DNA of 64,000 bases from positions 11,408,001-11,472,000 of the forward strand of contig NC_042999.1 in NCBI RefSeq assembly GCF_006345805.1, given 5' to 3'. The stretch is from Octopus sinensis (lineage: Eukaryota). Below the pieces are notes generated by a model, which did no database searches, was not told the DNA's origin, and worked only from the letters and a program-made list of their open reading frames with translations. Positions 1-13,733 of this stretch are shown one piece after another. A program made the position numbers and the translations under genes. Numbering within the stretch: the first letter of the stretch is position 1; each line of letters opens with the position of its first letter.

Positions 1-1749
1 GGTTCCTGTGCAGGTGGCACATAAAAAACACCATTTGAATGTGGCCGTTGCCAGTACTGCCTGACTGACCCTCATGCCAGTGGCACGTAAAAGCACCCAC
101 TACACTCTCGGAGTGGTTTGCATTAGGAAGGGCATCCAGCTGTAGAAACTCTGCCAGATCAGATTGGAGCCTGGTGCAGCCATCTGGTTCACCAGTCCTC
201 AGTCAAATCGTCCAACCCATGCTAGCATGGAAAGCGGACGTTAAATGATGATCATGATGATATATATATATTCAAAAATGAATGAGAAGCAGCCCTAAGG
301 ATATAAACAATATCAAACACACAAACGCAATGTATGTGCTTTGCCAGTTCATGAGCAGATTATAGGCAAAAGAGACTATATTCTCTTAACTGGCAAAAAA
401 CATACCTTCTTGCATATTGATGATGATGATGATGATATATATATACACTAGGGGAAGTCTGAGTTTCCCAGAAATGGAGTTTTGTTTCATGGGTTTTTTT
501 TCTCTCTGTTATTTCGCATGTTTTCAAAAATTGTGACATTAAAATCACATGTAAATGGCTCCTTTCCCCAGAAAAGGAAAGATTTGGTTGCTGTTTCTTG
601 CACGCCCTGCTACCATGTAACAGGTATTTTGGGTCCTTTATCACAAATAGCTGTTATGTGGTAGCAGGGTGTGCTAAAAATAGCAGCCAAATCTTTGGAG
701 GTGATACGTTGAATGCACTTGAAAGAAACTATTTCACTTCGAGGTTACGAACGAGTCTTTTACAAAATATTTACCATATTTTTAAAATCATTTTCACTTT
801 AAAATATTTTGCCCATCATAATGTGTCTAATGGAGAGGTTAGAGTTTCTCTCCTTTCGGGGTTAAGTTATCTTTGGAGTATTTCCATGATGCACCATTTT
901 GGGTATTTATACTCCAAAACCCTGAATATCTCAACTACTGGCCCAATTTCTATGAAACTTGTTTTATTCCATTCGTATTCATATTTCAGGGGCACTTTAC
1001 TGTCAAAGTATTTTCCCATTATGCACCAGTTTCATTGTGTAACATTGCAAGCAAGATTGAAATTCACTTTTAATGTATTTTAGCAGAGGTCGGTGAACAA
1101 CCAACATATATATATATATAACTTAGAAAAAGAACTAACTTTTATCAATTCAAAATGAAAAATTAAACTACACCATCTATTATATGTAATTTTCTAGATG
1201 GTGTAATTTAATTTTTCATTTTGAATTGATAAAAGGTGGTTTTTTCTAATTTATATATACATATTATATTTTGTGAAATTTAATTTAGTATTTCTAAATT
1301 GAATTTTTCCCTGTAAGGTTGGAATAATATTCCCTCATATTATTATTTTATATATATATATATATCAACAACTGGAGTTGGTTTATTTATGTCTTTGTAG
1401 CCTAGTGGTTCAACAAAAGAGAGTGATAGAATAAGTATGTGACCAGAAACCAATAAGCACTAGCACCAATTTGTTTGACTAAATCCTTTGCACATGTTTA
1501 GGACTTCTCTTTCCTGCAAATGCCAATGCTACAAGAACCCTTCCACTGAATGATCCCACACACGTAACACCTTTTATTATTTTATTATATTTTAGAAGAA
1601 TCGCATCAAAACCTTTGTACATTTTCCATCTTCAGATTCAGATAAATAAAACTGTTGACCCCCACCCCCCACCCCCCCGGTCAGATTCCCACCATCTTAA
1701 GCAACCACCAAGAGGAGTCACAGACAAAAACCTAGAAACGTTTACCCAC

Positions 1750-1870
1750 CTGTTGGAGCCATCTCCATGCAGATAAGTTTCCAGTATTTCGTCTGATGTT
1801 GACGGTGAATGATGGTCCAATGACAAAGCAAACAAAGCTCCGTCGACTTCTCTCAGGATTTCTTCATTCC
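1750..1870 (-). CDS. CPT2: CPT2 exon 10 (NEEILREVDGALFALSLDHHSPSTSDEILETYLHGDGSNR)
   Basis: LHGDG.NR(W) motif; ttccag acceptor, AG|GTGGGT donor. Confidence 0.95.
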
Positions 1871-2272
1871 CTGGAATAATGTATAATGTATAAGATGATG
1901 GTGATGATGATGATGGTTTTTGTGGTGGCAGTGGTGGTGGGGATGTGAATGTTTTCATTTTGGGGACCAATGTCTAAACAAAACACTTGAGTTGTTGAGT
2001 AAATGTAAATGAATGCTTTATCAGTTGGAAACAACTGGAATGGATTTTTAGATCTTAAGAGGGAGGAAGTGAAAATCAAATCCAAATAACAACAGGAGTG
2101 TCTTTGTGATAAGAGGCTTGCTTCCCAACTACATGGTTCCAGGTTCAGTCCCACTGTGTGACACCTTAAGCAAATGTCATCTACTATAACCAAAGCTTTG
2201 TGAGTGGCTTTGGTAGACAGAAACAGAAAGAAGTCCACCCTGAATGTATGAGTGTGTGTTTGTGTATATATG

Positions 2273-2319
<47 letters not shown>

Positions 2320-3290
2320 TGTGTGTGTTGATAAATATATGAGTGCAATTATGAAGGTGTTTAATCTGTTCTAGTGCATGTGTGTTGATGAATATATCTG
2401 AATGCAGTGGATTATGTAACCTGAAAAGCAGAGACTACAAAACTTGTAAGAAAAATTCAAGTTGAGATAATGAATGCAATGAGAGGGTAATCATGCCTTT
2501 CCAGGTATAAATATTAATCCCAAATATGAAGACTGAAATTAAACACAGAAATCAAATGATTACAGCTAATTTGGAGTAATTTGGAATAGAGATAAAGAAA
2601 TAAAAGACAAAACACCCAAAATACATGCAACTTGGTTTTTATGTCTGTTTTTCTATGCTAGCATGGGTTAGGGGACTATTAGGGAGGCATTGCTTCACAA
2701 CCAATGCCTTTCCTAAAACAGACCAGTGCTTGTCTTCCAGGTAAGAGATGTCTCATTTCCCATATTTTAAAAGAACAAAAGCAGGAGAAATAACGACATC
2801 AGTTTGGAGCTTGAAATACAGGACACACAGACACACACACATGATAAACAGCATTTTTTTTAGTTTCCATCTGCCAGATCCACTCACAACATTCTGTCTC
2901 ACTTGGGTTGATAGAAGAAGACATCCAAGGAACCACAGAGTGGCGAAGCACACTTAACCACAAACCCAACTCTGCATTTATTATATAAATGTTTGCCATG
3001 ATAGATCGTTAGCCACTAAACCTTTTTTTAATTTTCTCTCTTTGCTTATTTCTGTGTTCCCTTCTGTTGAAGAGCATAGGCTCGAAACGTTAAAGACTTT
3101 CTTACTTCCTGAGCGTTAAACTAATACACCTGTTTGTTGTTTACACACCTGTCTTCGTCTGTAAATTCTCACTATATATATATAAAGACGATAAGAAATT
3201 GGAGAAATAAATAACAATGAGAAGTGGATCTTTGGTGTTATAAAGCCATTATTTAATTAACAACAACACCAACAACAAGAGTACCATTAC

Positions 3291-3437
3291 CTGTTTCTAT
3301 AAAATGCTGTCGAACATCAGCCCAAACATCTCTGTTCTCGGTTGTCATCTGAGCGACCGGGTAATCTGCAACAGGGCGAGGATTATTGCAGATGTATTTT
3401 AGATGAGCAAGGATTTCCTCAGCTGGTTTGATGCTGC
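3291..3437 (-). CDS. CPT2: CPT2 exon 9 (SIKPAEEILAHLKYICNNPRPVADYPVAQMTTENRDVWADVRQHFIET)
   Basis: AHLKYI and TENRD.WA motifs; ttccag acceptor, G|GTAATG donor. Confidence 0.95.
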
Positions 3438-3531
3438 CTGGAAAACCAAATTCAAGTGTTACATCCACACTGTCACCACATTTAAATATAAGAAAAAAAG
3501 GAAAAGCAGACATTAAAACAATTGCACGTAT

Positions 3532-3563
<32 letters not shown>

Positions 3564-4033
3564 CATAATCATCATCCTTTTGAAGTTCACTTTCCCATGC
3601 TTGCATGGAGGAGATGGAGTTTACTGAGGCAGATTTTCTAGGGCTGGATGCCCTTCCTGTAGCCAACCCTCAAGTGTTTCCAAGTAAGGTGATATTTCTC
3701 CATGGTCTGACATGTTTTTGCATTTTGGAAATTGATAACATTCATTTACAATGTTGTCAAGACAAAGACACACACACACACATGTGATGAGCTTCTTTCA
3801 GTTTCCAACTACCAAATCCACTCACAAGGCTTTGCTTGGCGCTATAGTAGAAGACACTTGCTCAATGTGCTATACTGTGGGACTGAACCCCAAATAATGT
3901 GGTTGGGAAGCAAACTTCTCAACCACACAGCCACTCCTGCACCCATAGTCATATCTATGCCTATATATATATATATATATATTGTAAATGATATATAAAT
4001 ATATGCATATATACATACATATACGTACATACC

Positions 4034-4066
<33 letters not shown>

Positions 4067-4068
<2 letters not shown>

Positions 4069-4465
4069 GCCAGCCTCGTCTGGCACCTGTGTCGGTGGCA
4101 CATAAAAAAACACCATCCGAGCGTGGCCGTCTGCCAGCCTCGTCTGACACCTGTGTAGGTGGCACATAAAAAACACCATCCGAGCGTGACCGTCTGCCAG
4201 CCTCGACTGGCAACTGTGTCAGTGGCACATAAAAAACACCATCCGAGCATGACCGTCTGCCAGCCTCGTCTGGCACCTGTGTCGGTGGCACATAAAATCA
4301 CCCACTACACTCTCGGAGTGGTTGGCGTTAGGAAGGGCATCCAGCTGTAGAAACACTGCCAGATTAGACTGGGCCTGGTGCAGCCTTCCGGCTCCCCAGA
4401 CCCCAGTTGAACCGTCCAACCCATGCTAGCATGGAAAGCGGACGTTAAACGATGATGATGATGAT
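4067..4465 (+). repeat. RTE 3' fragment with 63-64-bp tandem array
   Basis: Units start 4067, 4131, 4194, 4257; ends in (GAT)n. Confidence 0.85.
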
Positions 4466-4574
4466 ATACATGCATATATGGGTACAGGACATCAAAAAAC
4501 GTAGACACAATGAGAAAACATATGTAGGTATGTACATATATGTATGTACATATGCATCACGCATCCTTTTCCAA

Positions 4575-4618
<44 letters not shown>

Positions 4619-5646
4619 TCATCATTTAACATCCATTGTCCATGCTGACATGAGTTGGACGGTTTGACCAGGGCTGGTAAGCTGAGGGGCTGCAACAGAC
4701 TCCAGTCTGATTTGGCATGGTTTCTATGGCTGGATGCCCTTCATAATACCAATCACTCCAAGGATGTAACGGGTGCTTTAACGTGGCTCCAGCACAGGTG
4801 CCAGTTGTGTGACACCAGTGTCTGCCATGACTACAATTTCACCTGGTTTGATGGATCTTCCTTCTCAAGTATGGCCAAAATTACCAAAGGTCTCAGTCGT
4901 TTCTCATTGCCTCCACGAGGCCCACAACCCGAAAGGTGCTCTTTACATGCTGGCGGCACAGGTGCCAGTTACACAACACAGGCATCAGCCACATTGCACT
5001 GTGAAACCCAACACTTGATGAGCGTTTTTTGCATGCCACCAACACAGGTGCCATGTACACGACACCAGCATCAGCCTCAATGCCTTTGTGAAGCCCAACG
5101 CTTCAAAGAGGCACCAGTTATGTGACATTGGCACCAGCCACAACCACGATTTCACTTAGCGTGATGGGTCTTCTTGAGCACAGCATATCACTAAAGGTCT
5201 CACTCACTGCCTCCTCTGTAAGGTCCAATGCTCAAAGATCATGTTTCACCACCTGGTCCCATGTCTTCCTGGGTCTACCTCTTCCACAGGTTCCCTCCAC
5301 AATCAGAGATTGGCACTTCCTCATAACTTCATTCCACCCACAAGTCTTGGCAGTGACCACATAAAAGAATCAGGACCACTTCCTGTCCGTCTTGACTAAA
5401 AGATTAAAAAATTTATTATGCCAAGGGTAGAGTAAAATATTGTTTTACTGAAATCAAAAATCGCAGACTATTATTCAGCGTTTCACATCGCTGGTCATCA
5501 GACACTTGTGATAGCATGTATGCATGTGTACATGTGGGTGTATATACATGGTGACCATACCGGTGCTAGTGTCCCGTAAAAAGCATGAAAAATGGTTGGC
5601 ATTGGAAAGGGCCTCCAGGTATAAAAATTAAGCCAAAGTCGACGTA

Positions 5647-6035
5647 GGTGCAGGAGTGGCTGTGTGGTAAGTAGCTTGCTTACCAACCACATGGTTCCAG
5701 GTTCAGTCCCACTGTGTGGCACCTTGGGCAAATGTCTTCTACTATAGCCTTGGGCCGACCAAAGCCTTGTGAGTGGATTTGGTAGACAGAAACTAAAAGA
5801 AGCCCATCGTATATATATATGTGTGTGTGCATGTGTGTGTGTATGTTTGTGTGTCTGTGTTTGTCCCCCCACCACCATCGCTTGACAACCGATGCTGGTG
5901 CGTTCACTTCCCCATAACTTAGCAGTTTGACAAAAGAGACCAAGGCTTATAAAGAATAAGTCCTGGGGTCGATTTGTTCGACTAAAGGCGGAGCTCCAGC
6001 ATGGCCGCAGTCAAATGAATGAAACAAGTAAAAGA
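5647..6035 (+). mobile_element. tRNA-derived CORE-like SINE, full copy (most abundant SINE family here)
   Basis: tggctgtgtggt A-box, ggttcagtccc B-box, ccttgggcaa core, internal (TA)(TG), tail ...gaaacaagtaaaaga; many further partial copies through the window. Confidence 0.85.
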
Positions 6036-6162
6036 ATAACAGTAGAACTTAACGCAGACCTCTGGCTGACCATCTCTGGCCCAGCCATGCCAGTATGGAA
6101 GATGGACATTAAATGATGAGGATGATGATATAATGAATATAAAAAATTAATTAATGTCTCAC

Positions 6163-6260
6163 CATCTGAGTTTAAGACATCAAACGAGTACAGGTGACCC
6201 TTGTGTAATACGAGTAAATGACGACTGGAAGGGTTCGAATGGAGTTCGTCTCTACTTTTC
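6163..6260 (-). CDS. CPT2: CPT2 exon 8 (KSRDELHSNPSSRHLLVLHKGHLYSFDVLNSD)
   Basis: Matches SRDEL..RHLLVLRKGNFYIFDVL; aaacag acceptor, G|GTGAGA donor. Confidence 0.95.
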
Positions 6261-6544
6261 CTGTTTAAAGATGAGAAATGGAAATAAATAAATGAATAAA
6301 TAAACATTGCGGGGTGGGGGGGACAAGCTGAAAAGGGGTTGCGTCCAGTCACTTAGAATAAGGAATCAAAGGTAAGTCTGAGAGGGGATTAAGTATTTAA
6401 TCCAGACTTGATAATCTAATATAACACATTTTGTTGGACAAATGATGATGGATGAAATATTTTATATAAACATTTATAAAAGTAAAAACCAATAAAATCA
6501 TTAAAATGCTTGTGTTATTTTGGGTTTGTTCAGTCATGTTTATG

Positions 6545-6965
6545 ACTTGGCAGACACCCATAAAATTATCAACCATGTTACAAACAATAACTCTGAGCAG
6601 CTTTTCAAACTCCATCCGTCTAACACCCGTGGACATATTTACAAAGTCAGAAAACAGCACAGCTCCTTCCATGACTTTAGGAAACATTTTTTCACGCTGA
6701 GAGTTGCTGAAGCATGGAACAAACTGCCGGCATCAGTTGTTAGTTGTCGGAGCACTGCATCCTTCAAAACTTCCATGCTTTCTGAGATTCGCTAACACTA
6801 CACCTGATTTTCTCCCCTCCATACACACACAAGCATGTATCTGACTCATACATTGTTCGCTTTCCAGACATTTTTACATTACTGCATATATTTTATACGC
6901 ACTTTCTGACAAGTTGTGGTGCACCTGAGCACTGTATACAATAATTTCATTATTATTATTATTTT
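6545..6965 (+). mobile_element. CR1/L2-type LINE 3' end
   Basis: TRGHIYK..RKHFFTLRVAEAWNKLP C-terminal motif, 3' UTR ending in (ATT)n. Confidence 0.8.
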
Positions 6966-7995
6966 TATATTTGTGTGCATTCAAACACGGAAAGACAAAT
7001 GCTGCAGAAACTGTCTCAAGAGAAAAATTCTCCTTTGAGACAATGTAAAAAGCACGCGTGTTGGCGTCACATAAAAAGCACTTGTGGTGGCACCATGTAT
7101 AAAGCCTCCGTGCCAGTGCTACATTAAAAAGTACCTGTGGCAGTGCCACATAAGAAGCATCCATGTAGGTGCCACATTAAAAAACACCTGTGCCAGCACC
7201 ACATACAAAGCATTTGGTACATTCTGTAAAGTGGTCGGCATTAGAAAGGGCATCCAGCCATAGAAACCCTGCCAAACAGATGAATGGAGCCTGGGCAATC
7301 TGCTGGCTTGCCAGTTCTTCTTAAACTCTCTAACCCATGCCAGCATGGAAAATGGTTAGTAAATGATGATGACGATGATGACGAGACAACATGAGTGAAA
7401 AGACATCATTGGGCCATCTGGAGTACAAGGGCCCATGCAGCTTTGAATAGTTGTATGTCATCAGCCACAGACACTGAGCGGCCCTTCAGAGCCCCTAACA
7501 ACAGGTTGTTCTTATATTAGAACAGAAACGCTGATGTGTGCCCCTCTAATTAATTAATTACAGATTGACAAAGTTTTTCACCCCTCATTTCATAGCTGAA
7601 TGGACTTGCTATCATGATTTCACACACCATTGAAGACATGAAGAGAGCAAATGGTTTGGTGACAACAACAACAACAACAATACTGCTTGTACCTCACAAC
7701 TTTCATAGAGCACAAACACACGCACACACACACACACGTGTGTGTGTAAATATGAGAGTGTGTGAGAAGTTCCTTTCCATCTTCTCTCAAATTCCCTCAT
7801 AAGGCTTTGGTCAACTGAGATCTCTGGTAGGATACCTGCACACAGACGTGTGTGTGTGTGTTTGTGTACGATGAGTTTCTTTCATTCACATGGCTTCGAT
7901 TGGCCTGGAGACATAGCACAGGACACTTGTCCGTCCCCCACCCCCTCCACACCCATAATCACACCCAGAGAAGGACACACAGACACTGAACTTAC

Positions 7996-8100
7996 TTGGG
8001 AATTCTGGTCGACTTGAACAGTCTTTTGTATTGACTCATGTCCAAAGGATAAGCTTTGTACATGAAAGCCCCGTACCATGACACAGCCTCTGGAAGCCAC
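7996..8100 (-). CDS. CPT2: CPT2 exon 7 (WLPEAVSWYGAFMYKAYPLDMSQYKRLFKSTRIP)
   Basis: Translated by hand (absent from the ORF track); SWYGA..AYPLDMSQY motif; ggccag acceptor, AA|GTAAGT donor. Confidence 0.95.
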
Positions 8101-8279
8101 CTGGCCAAAAAGACAAACAAACGAATCAATTGGATGCAATTCGCTTCATTTATGGAAAATATTCAAAAATATAAACAGCAATTTCGGGGGGGGGGGGTGT
8201 CTTAAAAGTAACAAGTAAGGTTTAGAAAGGTAAAATGCCATAGAGAGGATTAGGATTAAAAAGATAATACGCTTTAAAC

Positions 8280-8520
8280 CACTGTTTCTCAACTGAGGTT
8301 CATGTGGCCCTTAGGGGCTCCATGTAAGATTTTGCTGTTAAAGTTTATCTGCACTAAATTGGTTCCACTTCTAAAATGCACAAAATATTCAAACAAATCC
8401 TTTTTATACAATTTCTAAGAATATTTAAGTATAAAAATAGGATTTTGTAAACATGGAATGGTTATGAGGGTCCAGTAGAGTAAGGGGTCCACAGGAAAGA
8501 AAGGGGGTTGAGAAACACGG
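8280..8520. mobile_element. hAT-like MITE
   Basis: TIR cactgtttctcaac / gttgagaaacacgg; similar 8-bp flanks ctttaaac/atttaaat. Confidence 0.6.
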
Positions 8521-10384
8521 ATTTAAATTGGGAATTTTATAAAACAAAATGATAATGGTAAGAGTAGCCATTGTCAACCTTTTAGGGTCCACTTTTCCAT
8601 GCTGGGATGGACTGAACAGAGCTTATTGAAGTAGAATTCCTATGGCCAGATGCCGTTGCTATAAGCAACTGTCACTTGATTTCTTCGTGGCCAGACATGT
8701 TTCTGCAGAATATTGGAAATGAACGACCCTGCTTGTATGACAGTGGCACTCGTTTACAACTATCACAAGATATCATGAGAAGGAGACACACAAACAGGCC
8801 TACACATGCTCTCTCTTACTCACACACATACATACATATATATATACATACATATATATATATATATCTATATATAAATATATATATATGATAGGATCAG
8901 AATCGAAATCGATCAATGGAAATTACAGATGTGTTACCAGTGCCAGTGGCATGTAAGAAAACCTTCCGTTTCGCGACCGTTGCCAGCACCGCCCCATTTC
9001 GTGTCTGTTGCCAGCCTCGCCTGGCCCTCGTGCCGGTGGCACATAAAAAGCACCATCCGTTCGTGGCCGTTTGCCAGCTCTGTCTGGCACCTGTGCGGGT
9101 GGCACGTAAAAAGCACCCACTACACTCTCGGAGTGGTTGGCGTTAGGAAGGGCATCCAGCCGTAGAAACACTGCCAGATTTGACTGGGCCTGATGAAGCC
9201 TTCTGGCTTCACAGACCCCAGTGGAACCGTCCAACCCATGCTAGCATGGAAAACGGACGCTAAACGATGATGATAGGCTTCTTTCAGTTTCTGTCTACCA
9301 AATCCACTCCCAAGTCTGCTTGGTCTGAAGATGTAGCAGAAGACACATGCCCAAGGTGTCACAGATTGGGATTGAACCCAGGACCTTATGAGTGGGAAGC
9401 CAACTGTCCAACCACAAAGCCCCACCTGCACTCATGGCTTGTAATAATTAATTAGCATTAAGAGATGCAAATTAATAAACTTTGAGCCAAAACCATGACT
9501 AAAAGCTAATGAAATTCATTTGATCTACTTTGATCCCATCAACCATCGAATGAGGAAACCATTTCGAAAGACAAAGAAGGAAGCTCTTCAACTTTTATTG
9601 TTCTTTACTGTTTGTTTGCTTTTTTTACTGAACTTAGCTCTTGGGATGTGAGGGATTTTGGTCAGCAACACCACCAGTGAAAAGTACAGAAGTACAAGTC
9701 TTAATGAAATCAAGTAAAACTGCGAAATCAGTGCTCCAGTATGGCCACAGTGTGACTGAAACCAGTTAAAAAAGAAAGAGAAATGTTAGAAGTGAGTAAT
9801 GTGGTTTTGACACGATCAGGTTAGGTGTGAGCGTTCGGTTGTTGGAAGCATGACTGTTTAATTCAGAGTTTTGTATGAGTTTGAATAAGTCCATTGTGTT
9901 GAAGGTGACACGGCGGAGGAGGGGGAGGAGGAGGAGGGGGGACGGGTTTCTTGGCTCTGCTGAGTCATTGAGGGCTTTTATGGGTTACATAGAACAGGCT
10001 TGAAAAAAGCCACCTAACAACAACCACAACTGGTAAAACTGCTGCTGCTGCTGCTACCACTGCTGCTACAGTGAAAACACTATTCAAAAAGGATATGTAA
10101 AATATGTGAAGCGAAATAGTTGCCACTGGGAGTGGAGACTAAGCTGCTTCACTGAGAACTCGCATTACTCCACAGTGTGTATAGTCGTTGCTTATTCACC
10201 ACCACCACCATACACATGGTGGTGGTAGCGGCAGTGACGGTAATACTTGAAGTTGGTGCTGCTAATGGTTGACAACACCAACTTCAGGAAACTGGCCAGT
10301 CACTTGACAAGCTATCAACCGGGTGGCCATGCTCGCCACATTGACAACACTCTCACCAGAAAGTGAGATGCAGGGTTGCTGACA

Positions 10385-13250
10385 AATGAAGAATGCACTC
10401 CCCCCAGCATAGGTGAGTCCTTACTGACTTCAGACTTGAGGCTAGAAGGATCCAAGAAGCAGACCAGTCTGGAAAAGAGGTATTTGGAAGCTTAAGGACC
10501 CTGGGAAGAGTGAGGGATTTAGAAAGACCCTAATTGAAACATTTAACAAGAAGGTGGAGTTATAGACATGCAACATAGGGGGCAACTGGAAGTCCCTACA
10601 AGACAACTTACTGAGTGCCACAGAGCAAACGTTTGGCTGGTGCAAAGTCTCAACTCGAGCTAGGGTGACGTGGTGGTGGAACAACGTAGCAGACAGGGCT
10701 GTGAAGAAACAGGACTGGAAGGACTGGAAGAGAATCATATCAGGTAGCTAGAAGGAAGGCTAGGAGACAGGTATACTCAGCCAGGGCAGAAGCAGAAAAG
10801 AAGTTTGCTAATGTTGTGCAATGTGAGGACCAGGGTCTTGAGATGTTTCAGATTGCAACATAATGTGTCAAGGAAAATTGTGATGTTGTGGGAGAGAAGT
10901 GTGTTCACATGGATGATGGCTCCCTTGCAGTTAGTGATTCTGCAAAGAAGGAGGCTTGGAAGTGCCACAACGAAAGGTTGCTAAATGCAGAGAATGCATG
11001 GGAGAAGGGGAGCCTAGCCAACATGGCCCTAACAGAAGGACTGGTTATTCAGATTGGTAGTAGCTTAGTAGAGTGAGGGCGCGTGGCTTAGTGGTTAGGG
11101 CATTCGGCTCATGATCGTAAGGTGTGAGTTCGATTCCGGCGACGCGTTGTGTCCTTGAGCAAGACACTTTATTTCACGTTGCTCCAGTCCACTCAGCTGG
11201 CAAAAATGAGTTGTACTTGTATTTCAAAGGGTCAGCCTTGTCACTCTCTGTGTCACGCTGATTATCCCCGAGAACTACGTTAAGGGTACACGTGTCTGTG
11301 GAATGCTCAGCCATTTGCACGTTAATTTCACGAGCAAGCTGTTCCGTTGATCGTATCAGCTGGGACCCTCGTCGTCGTAACCGGCGGAGTCTAAAAAGAA
11401 AGAGCTTAGTAGAATAAACAATTAAGGAAAAGCCCCTGGCCCATCACTGCTGAGAAGCTTAAAATATCTGGTGGAGTGGGTTATAGTCTAGCCACCCGCA
11501 TAGTTAACCAGGTTGTCCATGAGGGAGTCATGTTCGATGACTGGTATCGCAGAATTGTAGTGAACTGTCATAAAGGTAAAATTGATGCCTCAGAAATAAT
11601 TACAGAGGTATCAAATTGCTGGACCACATGATGAAAGTTCCAGAAAGGGTCACCACTCAATTAATTAGGAAGAGAGTTAGCTGAGATGAGATGCAGTTTG
11701 GTTTTGTGTCCGGGAGAAGCAGCATTGATGCTCTATTCCTGGTTAGGTAACTGCAGGAGAAATATTTAGCCAAAAATAAACCTCTGTATTTGGGCTTTTG
11801 TTGACGTGGAGAAGCCTTTGACAGGGTCCCTTACTCCTTTCTTTGCTGGGCAATGTGGAAGATAGGGATAGATGAGTAGTTGGTGAGAGTTGTCAGTAAG
11901 GTGAAAGTCAGCAATAAATATAACAAGAAATTTAATGTACAGGTTGGAATTCACCAAGGATTGGTTCTCAGCCCCTTCTTGTTTATCATAGTCCTCCAAG
12001 CCATAATAGTCAAATTTAAGTTGGGCTGCCCTTGGGAGCTCCTCTATGCTGATGACCTTGTTCTTATTGCTGAATCACTACTAGAACTAGCAAAGAAATT
12101 TCAGGTGTGAAAGCAAGGTCTGAAATCAAAGGACCTTAGAGTTAATTTAGCAAAGACAAAAGTTCTAAGAAGTGGGAAAACAGACAAATGACTGATCCCT
12201 TCTGGGAGATGGCCCTGTTCGATATGTAGAAAAGGTGTTGGGAGAAATTCCATAAATTGTACCGAGTGCAAGCTATGGACACCTAAGAGGTGCAGTGGTA
12301 TCACTGGAAGACTGACAGAGAAAGTTGTCTTTACATTTGGCAGATGTGCAGGGACATTAAACGGCCAGGAATGGACAGAAAATAGACTCCCTCTAATGCC
12401 CAAGGGGACCCTTAAAAGTAGTGGACAGCTTCCATTATTTAGGTAACTAAATTAGCAGTGGTGGAAGTTGTTCCCAAAGCATAGCTGCTAGAATAAGAAT
12501 GGACAAAGTAATAAAGGGCCTCTCCCTCAGAGTGAAAGGCAGATTGTACAACGCCTGTGTATGAACAGCTATGCTGCTATGGCAGTGAAACATGGGCTGT
12601 GATTGCTGGGGACATGCAAAGGCTTGAAAGAAATGAAGCCAGTATGCTCCACTTGATGGGTAATGTCAGTGTGCATATACGACAGAGTGTAAGTGATTTG
12701 AGAGATAAACTGGGTATCAGAGGTATCAGATGTTGTGTTAAAAGGGAGAAGACTCCACCTGTTTGGTTAAGGTGATGCATATGGATGAGGAGAGCTGTAT
12801 GAAGAGGTGATGATCTGTAATTGTGGAGGGAATGTGAGGAAGGGGATGGACCTAGGAAGACGTGAGATGAAGTGACGAGAAAGGAACTTCAGATACTGGG
12901 CTTCACTGAGGGGATTAACAAGGGACCAAACTTCCAGTAGCCTGGTGTGTTTGAGAAGACACATCAAGCTAAGTAAAGTGCTGGCCATACAGCCATGTCC
13001 TCTATGTCCCTCTCTCAACTGAGAGGCCCTAGTTTTGTAGGCTTGTGGGTGCTGGTGCCATGTAAAAAGCAGCCAGTACATTCTATAAAGTGGTTGGCAT
13101 TAGAAAGGGCATCCAGCCACAGAAACTGCCAAAACAGACAAAATGGATCTCAGGCAGCTCTCTAGGTGGCCACCTCCTGTTAATCCATCCAACCCATGCC
13201 AGCATAGAAAATAGACATCACATGATGATGATGATGATGATGATGATGAC
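10385..13250 (+). mobile_element. Decayed copy of the same RTE LINE family
   Basis: Broken frames with EKCVHMDDGSLA, QGLVLSP, ELLYADD, YGSETW homologous to 57785-59620; ends in aggaagggcatccag-like block and (GAT)n. Confidence 0.9.
11073..11402 (+). mobile_element. tRNA-derived SINE nested in the RTE copy
   Basis: A-box tggcttagtgg, B-box agttcgattcc, gtgtccttgagcaagacactt core; 11-bp TSD agcttagtaga at 11062-11072 and 11403-11413. Confidence 0.88.
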
Positions 13251-13599
13251 AACTGGATCCCCTCCCAGACACCAAACCTTATTTGTTCGAATGAGGGATC
13301 TTACTGCATAAACTCTGCCATGCTTGCTCGACATTTTGTTGATGTGGGTAGAGACTTTGTCACTACTGGGTGAACAGCATCTGTGTGAACACACACACAC
13401 ACACACATGCATACATATACACACACAATGGTCTTCCATATAGTTTCCATCTTCCAAATCCACTCACAAAGCCCTCGTTGGCCCAAGGTTATAGCAGAAG
13501 GCACTTGCCCCTGGTTACAAAGCAAGTTTCTTAACCATACTTGCTTAGAGTTGGAAGGTATTTATTATATTTTTTGAAGATTTCACAAGAAAGTCCCAC

Positions 13600-13733
13600 C
13601 TGACAACTTTTCGAAACATCTCCGTGTCACTCTTTTTCGGATTCAAATGGAAAACTTCTGGTTCTAGGGTTTCTTCCTCCAAAGATTTCATGAAACGAAG
13701 ACTTGAAAAAATTATGTTTGTCGCACGAATCAA
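13600..13733 (-). CDS. CPT2: CPT2 exon 6 (LIRATNIIFSSLRFMKSLEEETLEPEVFHLNPKKSDTEMFRKVV)
   Basis: CPT2-specific LEPEVFHLNP segment; ccccag acceptor, AG|GTGGGA donor. Confidence 0.96.

Noticed and set aside
11078-11150. tRNA gene
   Set aside because: No complete cloverleaf; continues into a SINE body with TSDs. The same applies to the other tRNA-like heads.
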